This document shows, in pieces, positions 24,300 through 37,632 of a DNA stretch of 64,000 bases (the stretch's first letter is position 1; every line of letters starts with the position of its first letter). Made by a program: the position numbers and the translations under genes. The notes under the pieces are model-generated. The model did not search any database, had not been told where the DNA came from, and was given only the letters and a program-made list of their open reading frames with translations. Source of the stretch: Sarea resinae (taxonomy: Eukaryota); assembly GCA_026026165.1 (NCBI GenBank), contig JAPEUD010000084.1, positions 1 to 64,000 of the forward strand, in the 5' to 3' direction.

Positions 24300-26962
24300 A
24301 TGTCGGTCGCGACGATGCTACAGACACCATCAAGGGCTTCATCGTCCTCGACATCTTCGTTCATTCCAGTTTCTCGACAGAACACAATGTCTTCCCATGA
24401 TGGCCGCTCCGTGCGGCAATCGAAGCGATACTCCGTCACAGCACTGTACCTCTCAATGAATGCAAAGGACAAGGATTTGGAAATCGATGATGATCTGGCA
24501 AAAGGTAGGAGCGTCTATCTTTGAGTCTCGAGGGGATCGCTCACATCCTGTTAGCTCAGAAGACATTACGGGACTTAAAGGCAAAGATCTCGTCACAGTC
24601 AAAGAAGAACTTCGTATTAGAAAAGGACGTTCGATATCTTGACTCGAGGATAGCCTTGCTCATCCAGAATCGCATGGCTCTAGAAGAAGTAAGTCTTCTA
24701 GCACCTCTACATTCTGATGTTACGACTGATGGTTGCGAATAGCAAAATGAGATGGCCAGCCATATGGATGATGCGACAGACGTGCAAGAAGGTTTCTTTC
24801 CCAATGATGACAAGACTCAGAAATACGGGAACTTGCTCTTCCTGCTGCAATCGGAGCCGCGACATATTGCGCATCTCAGTCGGCTCGTCACAATGGCCGA
24901 AATTGACTCTTTACTGCAGACTGTTATGTTCACCATCTACGGAAATCAGTACGAGAGTCGCGAGGAGCATCTGTTGCTAACCATGTTTCAAGTGAGTCAT
25001 TTCTTTCGGCTGGGAAGGAGCATCGGGCCTTCGTACTGACCCTTGTGCAAACAGTCTGTTTTGACTTATCAGTTCGACAATACCCCTGAATATTCCTCTC
25101 TATTGCGCGCAAATACCCCTGTTTCTCGAATGATGACCACTTACACACGCCGTGGTCCGGGTCAGAGCTATCTGAAGGTGGTTTTGGCGGAACGAATCAA
25201 TTCATTGATAGAATTGAAGGACTTGGATCTCGAGATCAACCCACTGAAAGTATATGAGCGTATGATTGCTCAGATCCAGGAAGACACCGGAAGCCTGCCA
25301 CTGTCTCTGCCAAAGGGTGTCACGGCAGAGCAGGCTGCGGAGAACGAGCAAGTCCAAGCCATCATTGCGCCCCGATTGACGATGTTGATGGAGATCGCAA
25401 ACACATTCTTGACAACCATCATCGATGGCTTAGAGGAGACACCTTATGGCATTCGATGGATCTGCAAACAAATCCGAAGTCTGTCGAAACGGAAATACCC
25501 AGATGCACAGGACCAGGTCATATGTACACTCATCGGAGGCTTCTTTTTCCTTCGTTTCATTAATCCGGCCATTGTTACACCGCGCTCCTATATGCTTATA
25601 GATGGCACGCCCGCCGAACATCCACGGAGAACATTGACTTTGGTATGTTAATTGTATCCAAGCAACGCGTTCCTTTGGATTAATAGTTTCGCAGATTGCC
25701 AAGATGCTCCAGAACCTGGCGAATAAGCCTTCTTACGCCAAAGAGCCCTATATGGCCAAACTGCAACCCTTCATTCATCAGAACAAAGAGCGCGTCAACA
25801 AATTTTTGCTTGACCTCTGCGAGGTGCAAGACTTTTACGAAAGTCTCGAGATGGACAACTACGTCGCCTTATCGAAAAAGGACCTAGAGCTCTCTATTAC
25901 ACTCAACGAAGTATACGCTACGCATTCACTACTCGAGAAGCACAGCGCTGAGCTGGTTCGTACTGCCTATGAGACTGGTGAAGGAGCTTCGCTAACGGTA
26001 GCTGCAGGGCAAGGATGAGAATTCGCGGTTGAACGTTCTATTGCAAGACTTGGGTCCCGCGCCGGCCCAGTTACCCAGAAAAGAGAACAGAACTATCAAT
26101 GTGCCTCTGTTCAGTAAGTGGGAGACAGGAATTGATGACATGACAGCAGCGCTGGATGTTACGCAAGAGGAGGTCTTCTTCATGGAGGCTAAGTCCACTT
26201 TCGTACAGATCATGAGGTCATTGCCATCCAATTCTTCTGTATTACGGAGACCTCTCAGACTTGACCGGGTCGCCGAGGTTGCCGCAACAACCAAGAATGA
26301 CTCGGTAATGGTCAGGAAAGGGATCAGGTCGATGGAACTTTTGAGCCAGCTGCAAGAACTCGGTATCGTCGACAAAGCCGATTCGTTTGCGCTCCTACGA
26401 GACGAAGTCGAGCAAGAATTAGTTCACCTCGGATCACTCAAAGAAAAAGTGGTGGAAGAGAGCAAGAAACTGGATGAAGTGTTCCGGACCATCCGCGATC
26501 ACAACAGCTATCTCGTCGGTCAGCTCGAGACCTACAAGTCCTATCTCCACAACGTGCGTAGCCAGTCGGAAGGCAAGCAGAGGAAACAGCAGAAGCAACA
26601 AGTGCTCGGGCCATACAAGTTTACCCATCAGCAGCTCGAGAAAGAAGGAGTGATTCAGAAGAGCAACGTGCCAGACAATCGACGAGCGAACATCTACTTC
26701 AACTTCACGAGCCCTCTGCCAGGGACCTTCGTCATTTCACTACATTACAAAGGTGAGCCTTGCGATTGATTTCGTGTGGGCGATGGCTAACTAGTTCAAA
26801 GGGCGCAATCGCGGTCTCCTGGAACTTGACCTCAAGCTCGATGATCTGCTGGAGATGCAAAAAGATAACCAAGAGGAGCTCGACTTGGAATACGTCCAAT
26901 TCAACGTTCCTAAAGTCTTGGCGCTCCTGAACAAAAGATTCGCGAGAAAGAAGGGCTGGTAG
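24300..26962 (+). CDS. gapA: Ras GTPase-activating protein (A. nidulans GapA / S. pombe Gap1-Sar1 type) with RasGAP C-terminal domain
   Basis: [45 protein letters not shown] arginine finger; [38 protein letters not shown]; ends FARKKGW*. Six introns. Confidence 0.93.
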
Positions 26963-28297
26963 GTCGAGCAAGAACGGTAACACGCAAGGGAGTATCCTTC
27001 CATCTTTAATCGCACCTCTTCCGGAAGGAACCCCACGTTCTTAGGGAAGGACTTGTGTTCTCGGCGATTGGTTCATTTCGGAGTCTTCAGCTGTTCCCAA
27101 CAGCGGTGTCGGACATGGTTTTGATTTTTTTTTTTTTTTTCGGGATACCTTGGGGGATTCGATGAATGTCACAACTGCGAGGGGTGCAATAGGCTTTAAC
27201 TGTAGGGAAATGGGCAAGTGCTAAATGCTTCTCGAGTGCGCGCCCTGCTTATCACATCCCACATTTCTTTACGTCTTTTCAGTGATAACGCTTTCTCTAC
27301 ACGTTCGCGGGGATATGAGGGAGCGCCTTCATTCGGCAAGGAGCAGAGCGGGTCTCATTTGTGAGCGTCTCAATACTCCATTATATCTTTTCAGAGCGCG
27401 GTGCTTATCACCATGTGCGGCTGGGCCGGCAGAGCGATGGGACCGACGGCTTGACTGCTTTGGAGGTGGCGCCGTCGGGAGCCCTTCGAGGAGATTTGGA
27501 TAACATGTGTATAGTAATAAGACTTGAATCATGACGGGGTTTCCAGTCGATTGCTTTGGGCACGACAGAAATGAAGTAGTGATGAAGTAGGCAGTTGATG
27601 ATGATACTAAGGAGTGAGTGCTTTGTGGTGAGCAAGGCTGCCTATCTACCTCGACCGTGCTACCATTGCGTCGTACATAGTATTTGATGCTGGCAATACG
27701 CCTTTCCTTATCTCGTCATGTAGCAGTACGAAGAGGTACCTGCTGACAGCGGCGACCGCGGTGCGATCCAACGTACAGAGCATGTACTTCTGGCGGCCGG
27801 CTTCGGAATGCCCTGTGCAGTAAGGTCCACGGGTGGCATGAGACAGTGACGAGACAACGAGACAACTGCCAGACCGACAGCTGTGACGAGGCAAAGTCCG
27901 AGTCGCCCGACGCTCGTCCTTTGACCCTGGAGAGTTACTCACACACTCGCACTCTCACACTTCAGTACATGACCTTATTCATGGAAGCCTAGCTCTGACA
28001 CTTCCACTTCTCTCCCACAAACAACACCTTCCTTCCTCTCCTTTCCTCTCCTCTGCTCTCGACTCTGCCCTCCGTCCTCTGTCCTCTGACCTCTGACCTC
28101 TCTCCTCTCTCCTCTCGTCTTGATCTAACTCTGGTGATCGTGCTTCTATCCTGTCGTGCCTCATAATCGATCATCTTCTTCTTCTCTTCAGCCCTCGTTG
28201 ATTGCTGATTGATCTGAATTCTTTGCTTATCCGGACTTGACTTGAGATTCGACTCGTATGATTATCGTCACTTCCCCCTGCCATCACCGTCGCCATC

Positions 28298-28960
28298 ATG
28301 TCTGAGTATATCGCGATCCCTCGACGCCGAGGTCACCACGCCGACGAGCAGGCATCTGGCTCGTCTTCGTCTTCATATTCGTCCTCTCCATCTGCTTCTC
28401 CACAGATGCGGACGCCGCAGTCGAACTCAACGCTGTCGCCATCACATCCGATAGCCATTCCATCTGCACGCTCACAGCTGAATCGTCGGCCTTCGATGTT
28501 GAGTGAGTCATCCTAAGGTCTTGCGAGAGCCATGACCATGTTGTCAGACCCAGACTGCTACAGTGAAACAGACCCTTCCGAGCCAATAGCTGACAGTACC
28601 AAGGCTCGTCTCTTTCAAGGCAAGAGCACACGGTCGTGAACGTCGGACACCCGGACGGGCCTCCACGGCTGGTGAGTCGTCCGGCTGCAGCTCTCCCCCG
28701 AGCCTAGCACGATCCAGTGTCACTAATATTCCCACCTCCTCCAGATAACTTGCGTCAAAGCATCCCAAGGATTTGACTGGAATCAAGGTACAGACCCTAA
28801 TGTTCCTCGTACGCTTGTTATGAGGATTACTAACCGCAAGATAGAAATCTTCCTCCCCTCATACGCCGACTACGAGTACACAGCGCTGGATCGTAAGAAA
28901 GATCCCGTCCATGAGATTGTTTTGACGGATGCGGAGGCACGCGCCTTATTCCCCGAATAA
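28298..28960 (+). CDS. Small uncharacterised protein (about 140 aa), Ser-rich N-terminus
   Basis: Four exons (28298-28502, 28604-28671, 28745-28787, 28845-28960) with canonical introns give an open frame ending ...RRPSMLSSSLSRQEHTVVNVG...ITCVKASQGFDWNQEIFLPSY...DPVHEIVLTDAEARALFPE*. Confidence 0.85.
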
Positions 28961-29419
28961 GCTCATTGCACACCTCAAGTCATTCGTTGAATTTGAGCGA
29001 CCGTCCAGGAGGCGTTTCATATCGGGGCGTCGGGGCGTCGGGGTTTCTCGGGCCTTTATCTTTTTCCACTACAGGAGTCGAGTAGCTCCAATTGCTTGCC
29101 TCGCCGGCGTTGGTAAAGGGTTGCTATTTGTCTCGATCCGGGTTGATTACTATCTGTGTTCGCGATCTGCGGGGCGCAGCGAGAGCTCCGGGAGCACGGG
29201 GATAAGGACGGGTTTGACCGGGTTCGCGTTCTGCAGATAGTCTCCCCTCTGTCTTGTGTCTTCTGTGCCAAGTGCTGTCTCGCAATTGGCGTATTGTCTA
29301 TATCAATGGCCTTCTACTACCTCGAGAGTATCTCATATCGTTAGCAACTGTTACTCGGCTTGAAACTCGAATCGGTATTCCATTAGATACACCCGTACTA
29401 CTTCCGAGAGCGACCCCAC

Positions 29420-29473
29420 CATCTGATAGCGTAGATACATCTGATAGCGTAGATACATCTGATAGAGTAGATA
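29420..29473. repeat. 18-bp tandem repeat x3 (CATCTGATAGCGTAGATA)
   Basis: Two perfect copies and a third with one mismatch. Confidence 0.9.
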
Positions 29474-29775
29474 AGGTACCTATCAAGTGAAGCAGTACTA
29501 CGTAGTACTTCAGTATGGACGTCACGGCTCTTGCCTTCCCGTCGACGGAGTACTCCGGTACGACGCGCCCACTCAACATCAAAGTCGTGAAGCGTGCAGT
29601 GGCCTTGACCAGAAGAGTCCGCGCCCAAACAAACAACAACAACGTTAACAAGCCGCAGCACCAACACCTCACCACCCATAGAATCTTGACCTCGATATCA
29701 TCAGGACCTGGAACCCGTGCCAGATACTCCCGAGCAATCCATTCGTCAATAAGATATAGCACGACCTCAGCACAA

Positions 29776-30059
29776 ATGGCCACGGCAATCCCACACTCGG
29801 CCGCAACACCCTCTCACCGGCGCATCGAGCTGCAATCCCCGGCCGACCTCTCACATCTCATCAACAACGTCTCACGCGCGGCGAGGGCGCGATTGGACCT
29901 GCATTTACCGCCCATCGAGCCCGAGAAGGGCGGCGCTGCCGAAGGGGACGGCGAAGACGCGCTGAGGAAGAGAGTGGGGGAATTGGTTGAGGGGGTATGT
30001 CCATGTCCTGCCTGTGTCCGTTCTTCATGAGTCAGCACCTGTGGAAAGGGAGAATGGGA

Positions 30060-30100
<41 letters not shown>

Positions 30101-30768
30101 TGTGTGTGTGTGTGTGTTTGCGCGTGCGTGGCAAACGTACGATGACTGGAGACCGAAGAGATAGGCTGACGCTTTGTTATTGTTGATGCACGGGCAAATA
30201 GTACATCGAGGAAACCTTTCTCTCCGCGTCGCATTCAATCTCTATTAATGGGCTTGATGCCAGCGAGGCAGATGTCCACGCCGCTATCTCCGGGACCGCG
30301 TCGAGTACCCAGGATATCGAAGGTATCACACAATAATCATCCTGTCCCATCCCGTCCCGTCCCCTTCCACAGCCTCGCTCCCCCCTCCCCCCCACTCCAA
30401 ACTCGTCGGAAAGACATCAGCATGAGGCTGATGCCCCACGATCTTGATACAGAGTACGAGCCCTACAACCCGAACCTAGCAACCCGTCTACAATCCCTGC
30501 ACGCCCAACTCGAGCGCGAAACCCTGCGTCTCGCGACCCTGCGCGCTGACGCCCCCGCCGCGGCCGCGGCCGCCTACCGAGAGAAATTTCTAGCGTCGCT
30601 CGCCGCGGACGACGACGTGTTCAAAGCCCAGGCCAGGGATGCAAGCCGCGGTCCTCCTGGTCTCGCACCTCACAAAGGCGAAGAGGGGGAGGATGGGCGT
30701 GAGGATGCGGATGCCAAAATGGAAGACGGCGAGACGCAGAAAACGTCGGGGGTGCGAAGACCGGCCGA

Positions 30769-30815
<47 letters not shown>

Positions 30816-31003
30816 CGCCAACAACGGGCTTGGAGCTGGGCTTGGCGCTGGATGAACCCCTGAGGGAGAGGTGGTCGGACTTGGAATCGACGTACGGCGA
30901 CGCTGTCGCTGACCTCGGCCGGGAAAGAGACGGCATTGCGGAAGCGAGAGCGAGGCTCGAGAGGGCGGGCGAGGCCGTCAAGTATCTCCGGGGGAGGAGG
31001 TAG
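29776..31003 (+). CDS. NSL1: Kinetochore MIND-complex protein Nsl1/Mis14
   Basis: HRRIELQSPADLSHL...RLDLHLPP...LRKRVGELVEG|YIEETFLSASHSISINGLD...|EYEPYNPNLATRLQSLHAQLERETLRLATLR...ARARLERAGEAVKYL; two introns. Confidence 0.85.
30063..30116. repeat. Compound (AG)18(TG)9 microsatellite in NSL1 intron 1
   Basis: Direct reading. Confidence 0.95.
30779..30808 (+). repeat. (ACG)10 coding microsatellite (poly-Thr in Nsl1)
   Basis: Direct reading. Confidence 0.95.
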
Positions 31004-31621
31004 AGAGAGAGAGAGAGAGCGAGAGCGAGCGTATGGCGGAGTACTGAGCGGATGGTTTCTTTGTTCGAATCGTGTGCGATGCACGACGGTTCAGGGATTG
31101 AACTAGAAAGAAAAAAAAGGTTGACGGAAGTATCTGCTTGGGGCGCACTTTGCTACGGCGTTGTCGAGGACTACTGAACCGACTGCAGAATTTGTTTTGT
31201 TTCAGGTCAATTTCGCGCAGGCTGGGCAGGGAGAGGAAAGGTTTGGGGGGGGGGAGAGGGATGTTTCGGTAGCAGACACTGCTTGCTTGACGAGTGAGAT
31301 TCACTCGATGGATCAATCGATTGATTGATGACAATGACGAGACTTCACGGAGCACGGCACAACTACAAACGTAGGCAATTCTTCACGTCTTTGATATATC
31401 TTTTCCGGTACTCATCTAGGTAAAATTCAAAGAATTCAGGAAATTCAGGCGGTTCAATGACTTGCCGTGGAGAGCGGAGCCTCGTGTTTTCGTTGTTTCA
31501 TTGGTTTGTTTGTTCGGTTCATTCAGTAGACCAAGCTCCTTCCTGTGGACCCTTTCCCCGTTGCCGTCCGCTCCTTCAACCACTTGCCCGACGGGACCCA
31601 CCCATCCTTGGTCAATCAGAC

Positions 31622-32885
31622 CTACGGAGCAATAGCCGCCTCTGCCCCCTCCTTCACCTCTCCTCCAGCAGGGACTTGCTCAGGTGGTGCTCCGCCAGCC
31701 GTCGGCACTGTCGTCTCTGGTTCATTAACGATGACGTTCTCGTCCTTCTTTCCAGCCTCATCGCGCTCCCACTTCGGCGGCTTCGCCCACTGCGGATCGT
31801 GCCAAGGTCCATCATCGCTGAGCGCACAACCGCCAGGGCAGTCGCATGTGCCGCCGAACTCCTTGGGCAGATTCTCCTTGGGCACTTGAGCGAGGAGCTC
31901 GGATTGGTACCCCGAGCCTAGCACGTGGATCTTTTGCACGGTGACGGGGTCGAGGAAGCCCTTGACGACGCTAAACACGGACGAGAAACCCCAGGGAGCA
32001 TTGATGAGGTAGAATTTCCCCAGACGCTCGGGATAGTAGTTCTGCGAGATGGTCGACGCTTGACGCACGTAGCCGTAGACGGAGGGGACCTTGGAGATGC
32101 CGACCCCCTTGAGGTCCATGATAGTGCAGCAGGTCTCGAGAAGGGTGCCGGATTTGCGAGAGCAGGCGGGCAGGCGTGGGTCTGTCAGTTTTTCATATTC
32201 GACGACGAGGTTCTGCAACATGCGATCCGAGGTCGTGATCTTGTACATGGCGTTGAGGTCAACTTTGCCGAGTTGCTCGATGTAGACTGGCCGGCCATCC
32301 TGTCAAGATCGTATTAGATTTAATGGTGGCAGAGGTAGAGAGGTGGTGGGGTCAAGAGCAGAGAGAGCGCACCTTGTCAGTTTTGTGGTAGTATTGCGGG
32401 TAGTATTCGAAGACTTGGGCCTTCTCGGGGTAGTCGAAGTTCCGGACCAGGTCATCGACGCCGAACTCTTTCCGCCATTTCTCGCTGTCGATGAACCTAG
32501 CCACTACAGTCAGTACATTCAAACGAAGGATCGGTCTCTGCCCTCATCATACGTACATAGCCTTGGCATGTTCGACATTGAACTTCCTCGCCCGTAGGAA
32601 TCGAAGCTACAGGAACGTTCAGGAGTCAGCATCAGATCAGCCCATTAACTTTTCTCCCTTCACATCACCAGCATCCATCCGCATCGCACAGCATACCAGA
32701 GTGAGCGTATCCAGTCTTTCTTTATATCCCAGGGACTCGAGCTGCATTCGGAACAGGTTCACTTGCGCATCCTGCTCGGGCGTCGTGTGGCCAGGGTGCC
32801 CACTTTGCGGGGTAGAGCTGGTGGTGGGGAAGTCGTAGTCATCGTATTTGGGATCCAAAGTCATTTTCGGGGTTTCCGCCGCCAT
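31622..32885 (-). CDS. SEC14: Phosphatidylinositol/phosphatidylcholine transfer protein Sec14
   Basis: [120 protein letters not shown]. Confidence 0.97.
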
Positions 32886-33491
32886 TTTGACGAGCAGATG
32901 GGGGATGGTATTATCTCGGACTTTGTAGGTTGCAAGAAAGGAAGAAGAAGGCGCCTCTGTGCAGCTCCTAGAGGAAGGGAGAGTGTTTACGACAAGGCGA
33001 CCGCTTGGCGTGACGACTCGACCGTTTGTGTGCAGGACGCAACAATCAGGTCGCCGAGAAGAGGGGAGAAAGGAGATGGGCCCAGCGTAGGTGGGACGAT
33101 AGGCGCCTATGGAATCGCAGGTGTTGATTCGAATATTGGAGGTTGAGGTTGGGAATGGGGACACTGCAATGTCGATGTGCTTGTCCTTGCGTGGGGCCAA
33201 GGTCGAGTAACGAGGGACGAACATCAACTCTGCTAAACCCAATCCAGCCAGGTGAACGTCAAGAGGCGAAGCGCTCGCAGTACGGAGTCTCATTCCCTCG
33301 AAAACCTACGTGTCCACGTGCACCAGTCACTCTCTACTCCTATTCGCACCAGAGCGGAATTGTCTTCGGATTTGGGATTCTTAATATACAGGGTCGGATA
33401 TCTAATACACCATCTCCATGACCTATACCCTCCTGTCCTTGATTCGATCCACCCATCCTCCCACCTACCCATCTATCATCATACAAAACCT

Positions 33492-36400
33492 TCACCCAAA
33501 ATACCTATCATCATCATGTCCATCGTTAGAGACGTCTTCAAAGGAGAGTAGACCGCCACCAGATGTCACTTACCTTGGTTCATCAAAGACATGATATCTA
33601 TGACCACGAACACCCTCGCCTCTAAACAATGCGGGGAACCGCAATCCGGGTGACATCTGATCCTCAGGAACTTGGGCCTCCGCGTCGTCGGCTTGACCAA
33701 CCACGAATTTGCCGACCTGTATGAGAATGAGTATCCATGCCCTAGAACGAGAACCCCCTGAGAGCCTACCTGGATTTCCGTATCCGTAATGGTCGACCTA
33801 CTGACCCTGGCATAGCCAGTCCGCCGGAGTCCCTTGTATAGAATGTATTCGCACCATCGATCCCAATCGCTAGCGTCAATGTCCTTCATCCCACTCTTCT
33901 CGCTGACCCAGGTATTGTAGTTGCCTTCCAAGGGCTTCGTCACCAGGTAGCTGAGCAAGATGACCGGCCGAGGAGAGGCGCCCATTATAGAAGAGAGAGC
34001 TTCAGTCTGCAGGCGACGATCCTCGGGATCTTCTTCCTGGCCAGAATGGAAGACGACCACATCGACGAGCTCGCCATACATATCGAGCGTAGCGTGGATA
34101 GCAGGAGCCAGCTCGCCGACGGGTGACGGCAGCAAGTGATGAGTCGAGTTGAGGATGGGGAATTTCGATAGCAGCGCACATCCCCATGTGTGCTTGTTTG
34201 GACCTGGACCGTAATCGACATACATTCCAAGGTCTTCCGCGAGGTACTGCGTGGTATCCCGATTGCCCATGATGATTCGCTGGAGGTCCGATTCGAGCAA
34301 ACCCATGACATCGATCTCGAGCTCTTTGATAACATCTCGCATCCGCCTTTCTGATGACCACATGTCGTTGTCAAGCGAAAAGTGAATCGTCCAGATGCCC
34401 ACTGTCACGACTTTATCATCCTTATGATATGGGGTATAATCATAGGAAGGGAAGCGGAGGTACGCAATCGAAGCTGACAGTAATTGGAGGGCGATCAAAA
34501 CATAGACGTAGTAGGACCGTTGTCTCCGTGCTGCGGCATTTATGAACTTGTTCCTGATTTTTGTACGAGGCGTGCCCGAAGCAGCGGCAGAAAAGACACC
34601 TGCGCCAATGAACAGCATTGTGGCAGTCATGACCCAATCAGTGTGCTCCCGCATCAGAGGTCCACCAGGTACGAATGCGTAGGCAACGACCCAGACATGG
34701 GCCAGAACCATGACATTGTAAAGGAAGAAACCCAGCCCAAAAGTGGCAGTTGGCGAATGGCGAGTAGCAGACGTAATTAGAACTGGGGCTACAGCCATGA
34801 GATAGACAGCTAGGACGAGTCCACCATAGTAACCAAACCAGTTGCTATAGCACGTTAGCACGGCAGCCGCAATTGAGCCTATACCAAAGAACGTCCAGCT
34901 TCGTGCAAAGTTCTCGTAAAAGAGCCCAATCATCAGGCCCGCACCCATTGCAAAGATTGTGTATGCCCCGTGTGGTACCGCGAGAGGTCCTCTGACGGGA
35001 TATCCTTCCCAGACCCAAGAGATCATCGTGCTCGAGTCTGAAAGAAGCGAATGCATTCCAAAGAAGAGGCCAGCCAGACCCAGGCCTGCCAAGACCGAGG
35101 GGCCCTTTTTACCGTTAGGCGCAGGTAGATCTCCTCCAGTACCGCTCACTTTTCGGGTGGACCTCAGGACTGCAAGCACGGCCAAAGTAAAGCCTAATTT
35201 ATTCCATCCGCCATTATCAGCATGCATGATTGGCCAGATGGGGTTGTTTGTCCAGAAAGCAAATTTGGCGATGCTGGATGCAATTAGGCCGATACTCCAA
35301 GCAGAGATTCGGGCCTCGAGCCTTGCCGGGTGCGAACGCTCTGAATACCACGTGGCGGACCATCCAAGACATGACATCCAGATGGCGAAGCTTACTGCGA
35401 ATAGTCGATATTCGGGCGATTTCGTGATATAGGCAAGCAAGCCAGTAAGCGAAAGCAGATGCACGATGCGAACATTTCGAATCACCACATTGCGGAGTGG
35501 CCCGATTCCAAGGAAGAGGGGCGAGATTGTTGCCATAACCATGACCTCGTATCCAGAGATGCCCATATGCCAAAGAGGGAAATCTAAGTCAATCAGCTTT
35601 ATTTGCGGATGGTGTTTTTTAGGAATAGCTCTTACACCAGACCAGAACACCCAAGGATGTCAACATCGACCAGAATACAAACTATGAAGGCCTATCAGCA
35701 TGACACCCATTGTAGATAGAATGAACGACCACGTACACCGTTGTAGACATCTGCAACGGCATCAATAGCTTCTGCCCACGAAAAGCCTTCACCGAAGACT
35801 CTGCCTATTGGTTTCTCTTTTCTAATCACCGTAATCAATACACGATTAAAGGGACGACGATATGGGAAGATCTTCACGTACTCTTTTTCGAGAACAGCAT
35901 CGGATACCATTTTGGAATTTCTGCATCATATCAACGCATGTTCAAGGGACACGTGAAATCGTAATAGTTGCAATGAACATGTGATCTATCTACTTTGGAA
36001 GCCATTGGACGTACCCTCTGCTTGCCCCGGTAACGTCTTTTACAACCAATTCAAACCCTTGGAAATCCAAGGCAGTCACAGCGTCAAACGCAACGTCGAA
36101 AAGGATAAGAGACCACTCGAAGAAGGCATAGGTAGTGTAAGCTAAACAAATATTAGCAGGCTGGAAGCAATGGCCGCAAAGAACGCATTCATACCTCCAG
36201 GCACCTTGTGGACCTTGTGCTGAATGAAGAAGTATATCAATGGCACCAGTGTGCCAAAGAAAAGGGATGCCAGTACTTTTCTGTACTTAACGGCCTTCGG
36301 ATTGGGCGGGCTCAGAGCCAGACAGCCCAGAGTCCAGGGAAGGGTAGCGACGAGGTAGGAGATCATAAAGATATCATGCCAATCGTGGTCATCGGTCGAT

Positions 36401-37051
36401 GTGATATATGTCCATCCACCGCAAGTAAGGGTTCGAAAGAGGCCAGTAAATGCGACGACTTTCGGAAGGGTGGCACCGGGTCTTGCGGTCAGAACATACC
36501 AGAGAAACACCAAGGCAAACCGAGGGCCTAAGAATATTGCTGAGTTAGATCAAGAGAGCATGACTGTGTATTCCCGCGTACCGGATGTTATAGCGATGAA
36601 TAATTGAAAGACTGAACGTTCGGGATAGCGATCCCCAATAGTGGCCGAAACGGAAGGGAACCACTCTTGCGGGTAACCCTAAGTATTGCGCCGTCAGAAT
36701 GGAGTCTGTGGAGGGTCGATGGATTGAGATGCTAACATAGTGTTCGTTCTCGACAATCTTATAGTAATGGAGTTTTCTAAGATGGTGGTCAGCTCGATTG
36801 GTTCAGATGCCGAGTCTGTCAAGCTTACAGTCCGGTAATGAGGGCACCCAGGAAAGCAGCTGCGAAACATCAGCTATCAGTCACCGCTTAGAGGGTGGGA
36901 ATCATATATATCTACCATAAGCAGCGACAGTATGTGCCCACGAAATCCATTGGCCAGAGAACTAGGCATTTTGAGAATGAGACCTTGAGATTGTAGAGAT
37001 CACCAAACTCACGGCGACCACGGCCTCTCCGTCTTTATACTTCCGCACCAT
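33492..37051 (-). CDS. CWH43: Cwh43 / PGAP2-interacting protein (GPI ceramide remodelling)
   Basis: Frag1-like N-terminus ([49 protein letters not shown]), [65 protein letters not shown]; about 11 introns; last exon RYFG*. Confidence 0.96.
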
Positions 37052-37632
37052 TGTCACCGGCACTGAGTCTGTGCTCAGGATACCATCAACATCAAGACCA
37101 GAATAAAAAGATAAATGAAGGTAAAGAATTGGAAGATTCGGCCTCGCTGTCGTGGAAGACGCTCTGAGACCCCTAAGAGTGATTGACGCTCGCGGACCCC
37201 GGAGGTTTCCTTTACGAGGCAATACCGTCCGGGCGATCCTGACCTAGTCCTCAAACGGCACCAAGCTCACCATCCATCCATACCTTCTCACGTGATGGCT
37301 AGATCTTTTGTTTACGTTCACTCCAAGTCACGAGAATCCAAAACAATAGTATCATTAATCTGGTTAATAAATGTTATAAATGTGAATATCTTTCGTAGAA
37401 GCATTGGTTGAGATAATTAACAGTACAATCGATGCAGCACGCTATTGCATTTACGCTCGAGCGCGAACCCAAGAGCCCTCTCAGCTCCCTCATCCCACAA
37501 GGCTACTATAATGACATCTGCCAACATTTATACGCGCTCTCGGCAGCCAGACCGCAACTACAGCCTCCCCCACGAACCCCACGCGAGTTGCTAATGACTT
37601 GTAAAACAAATGAAACGTCCCTCCACGACGAT

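Noticed and set aside
15170..26962. Functional cluster of GPI1 with the RasGAP (and CWH43 further on)
   Set aside because: Thematically tempting, but unrelated housekeeping genes lie between them and there is no evidence beyond proximity.
29420..29473. 18-bp repeats as a CRISPR-like array
   Set aside because: Directly tandem with no spacers, in a eukaryotic genome.
29515..29775. N-terminal extension of Nsl1 in the ORF track
   Set aside because: Low-complexity leader; similarity begins after ATG 29776.
32886..33293. N-terminal extension of Sec14 in the ORF track
   Set aside because: Reads through 5' leader/promoter; the typical start is MAAETPK at 32885.
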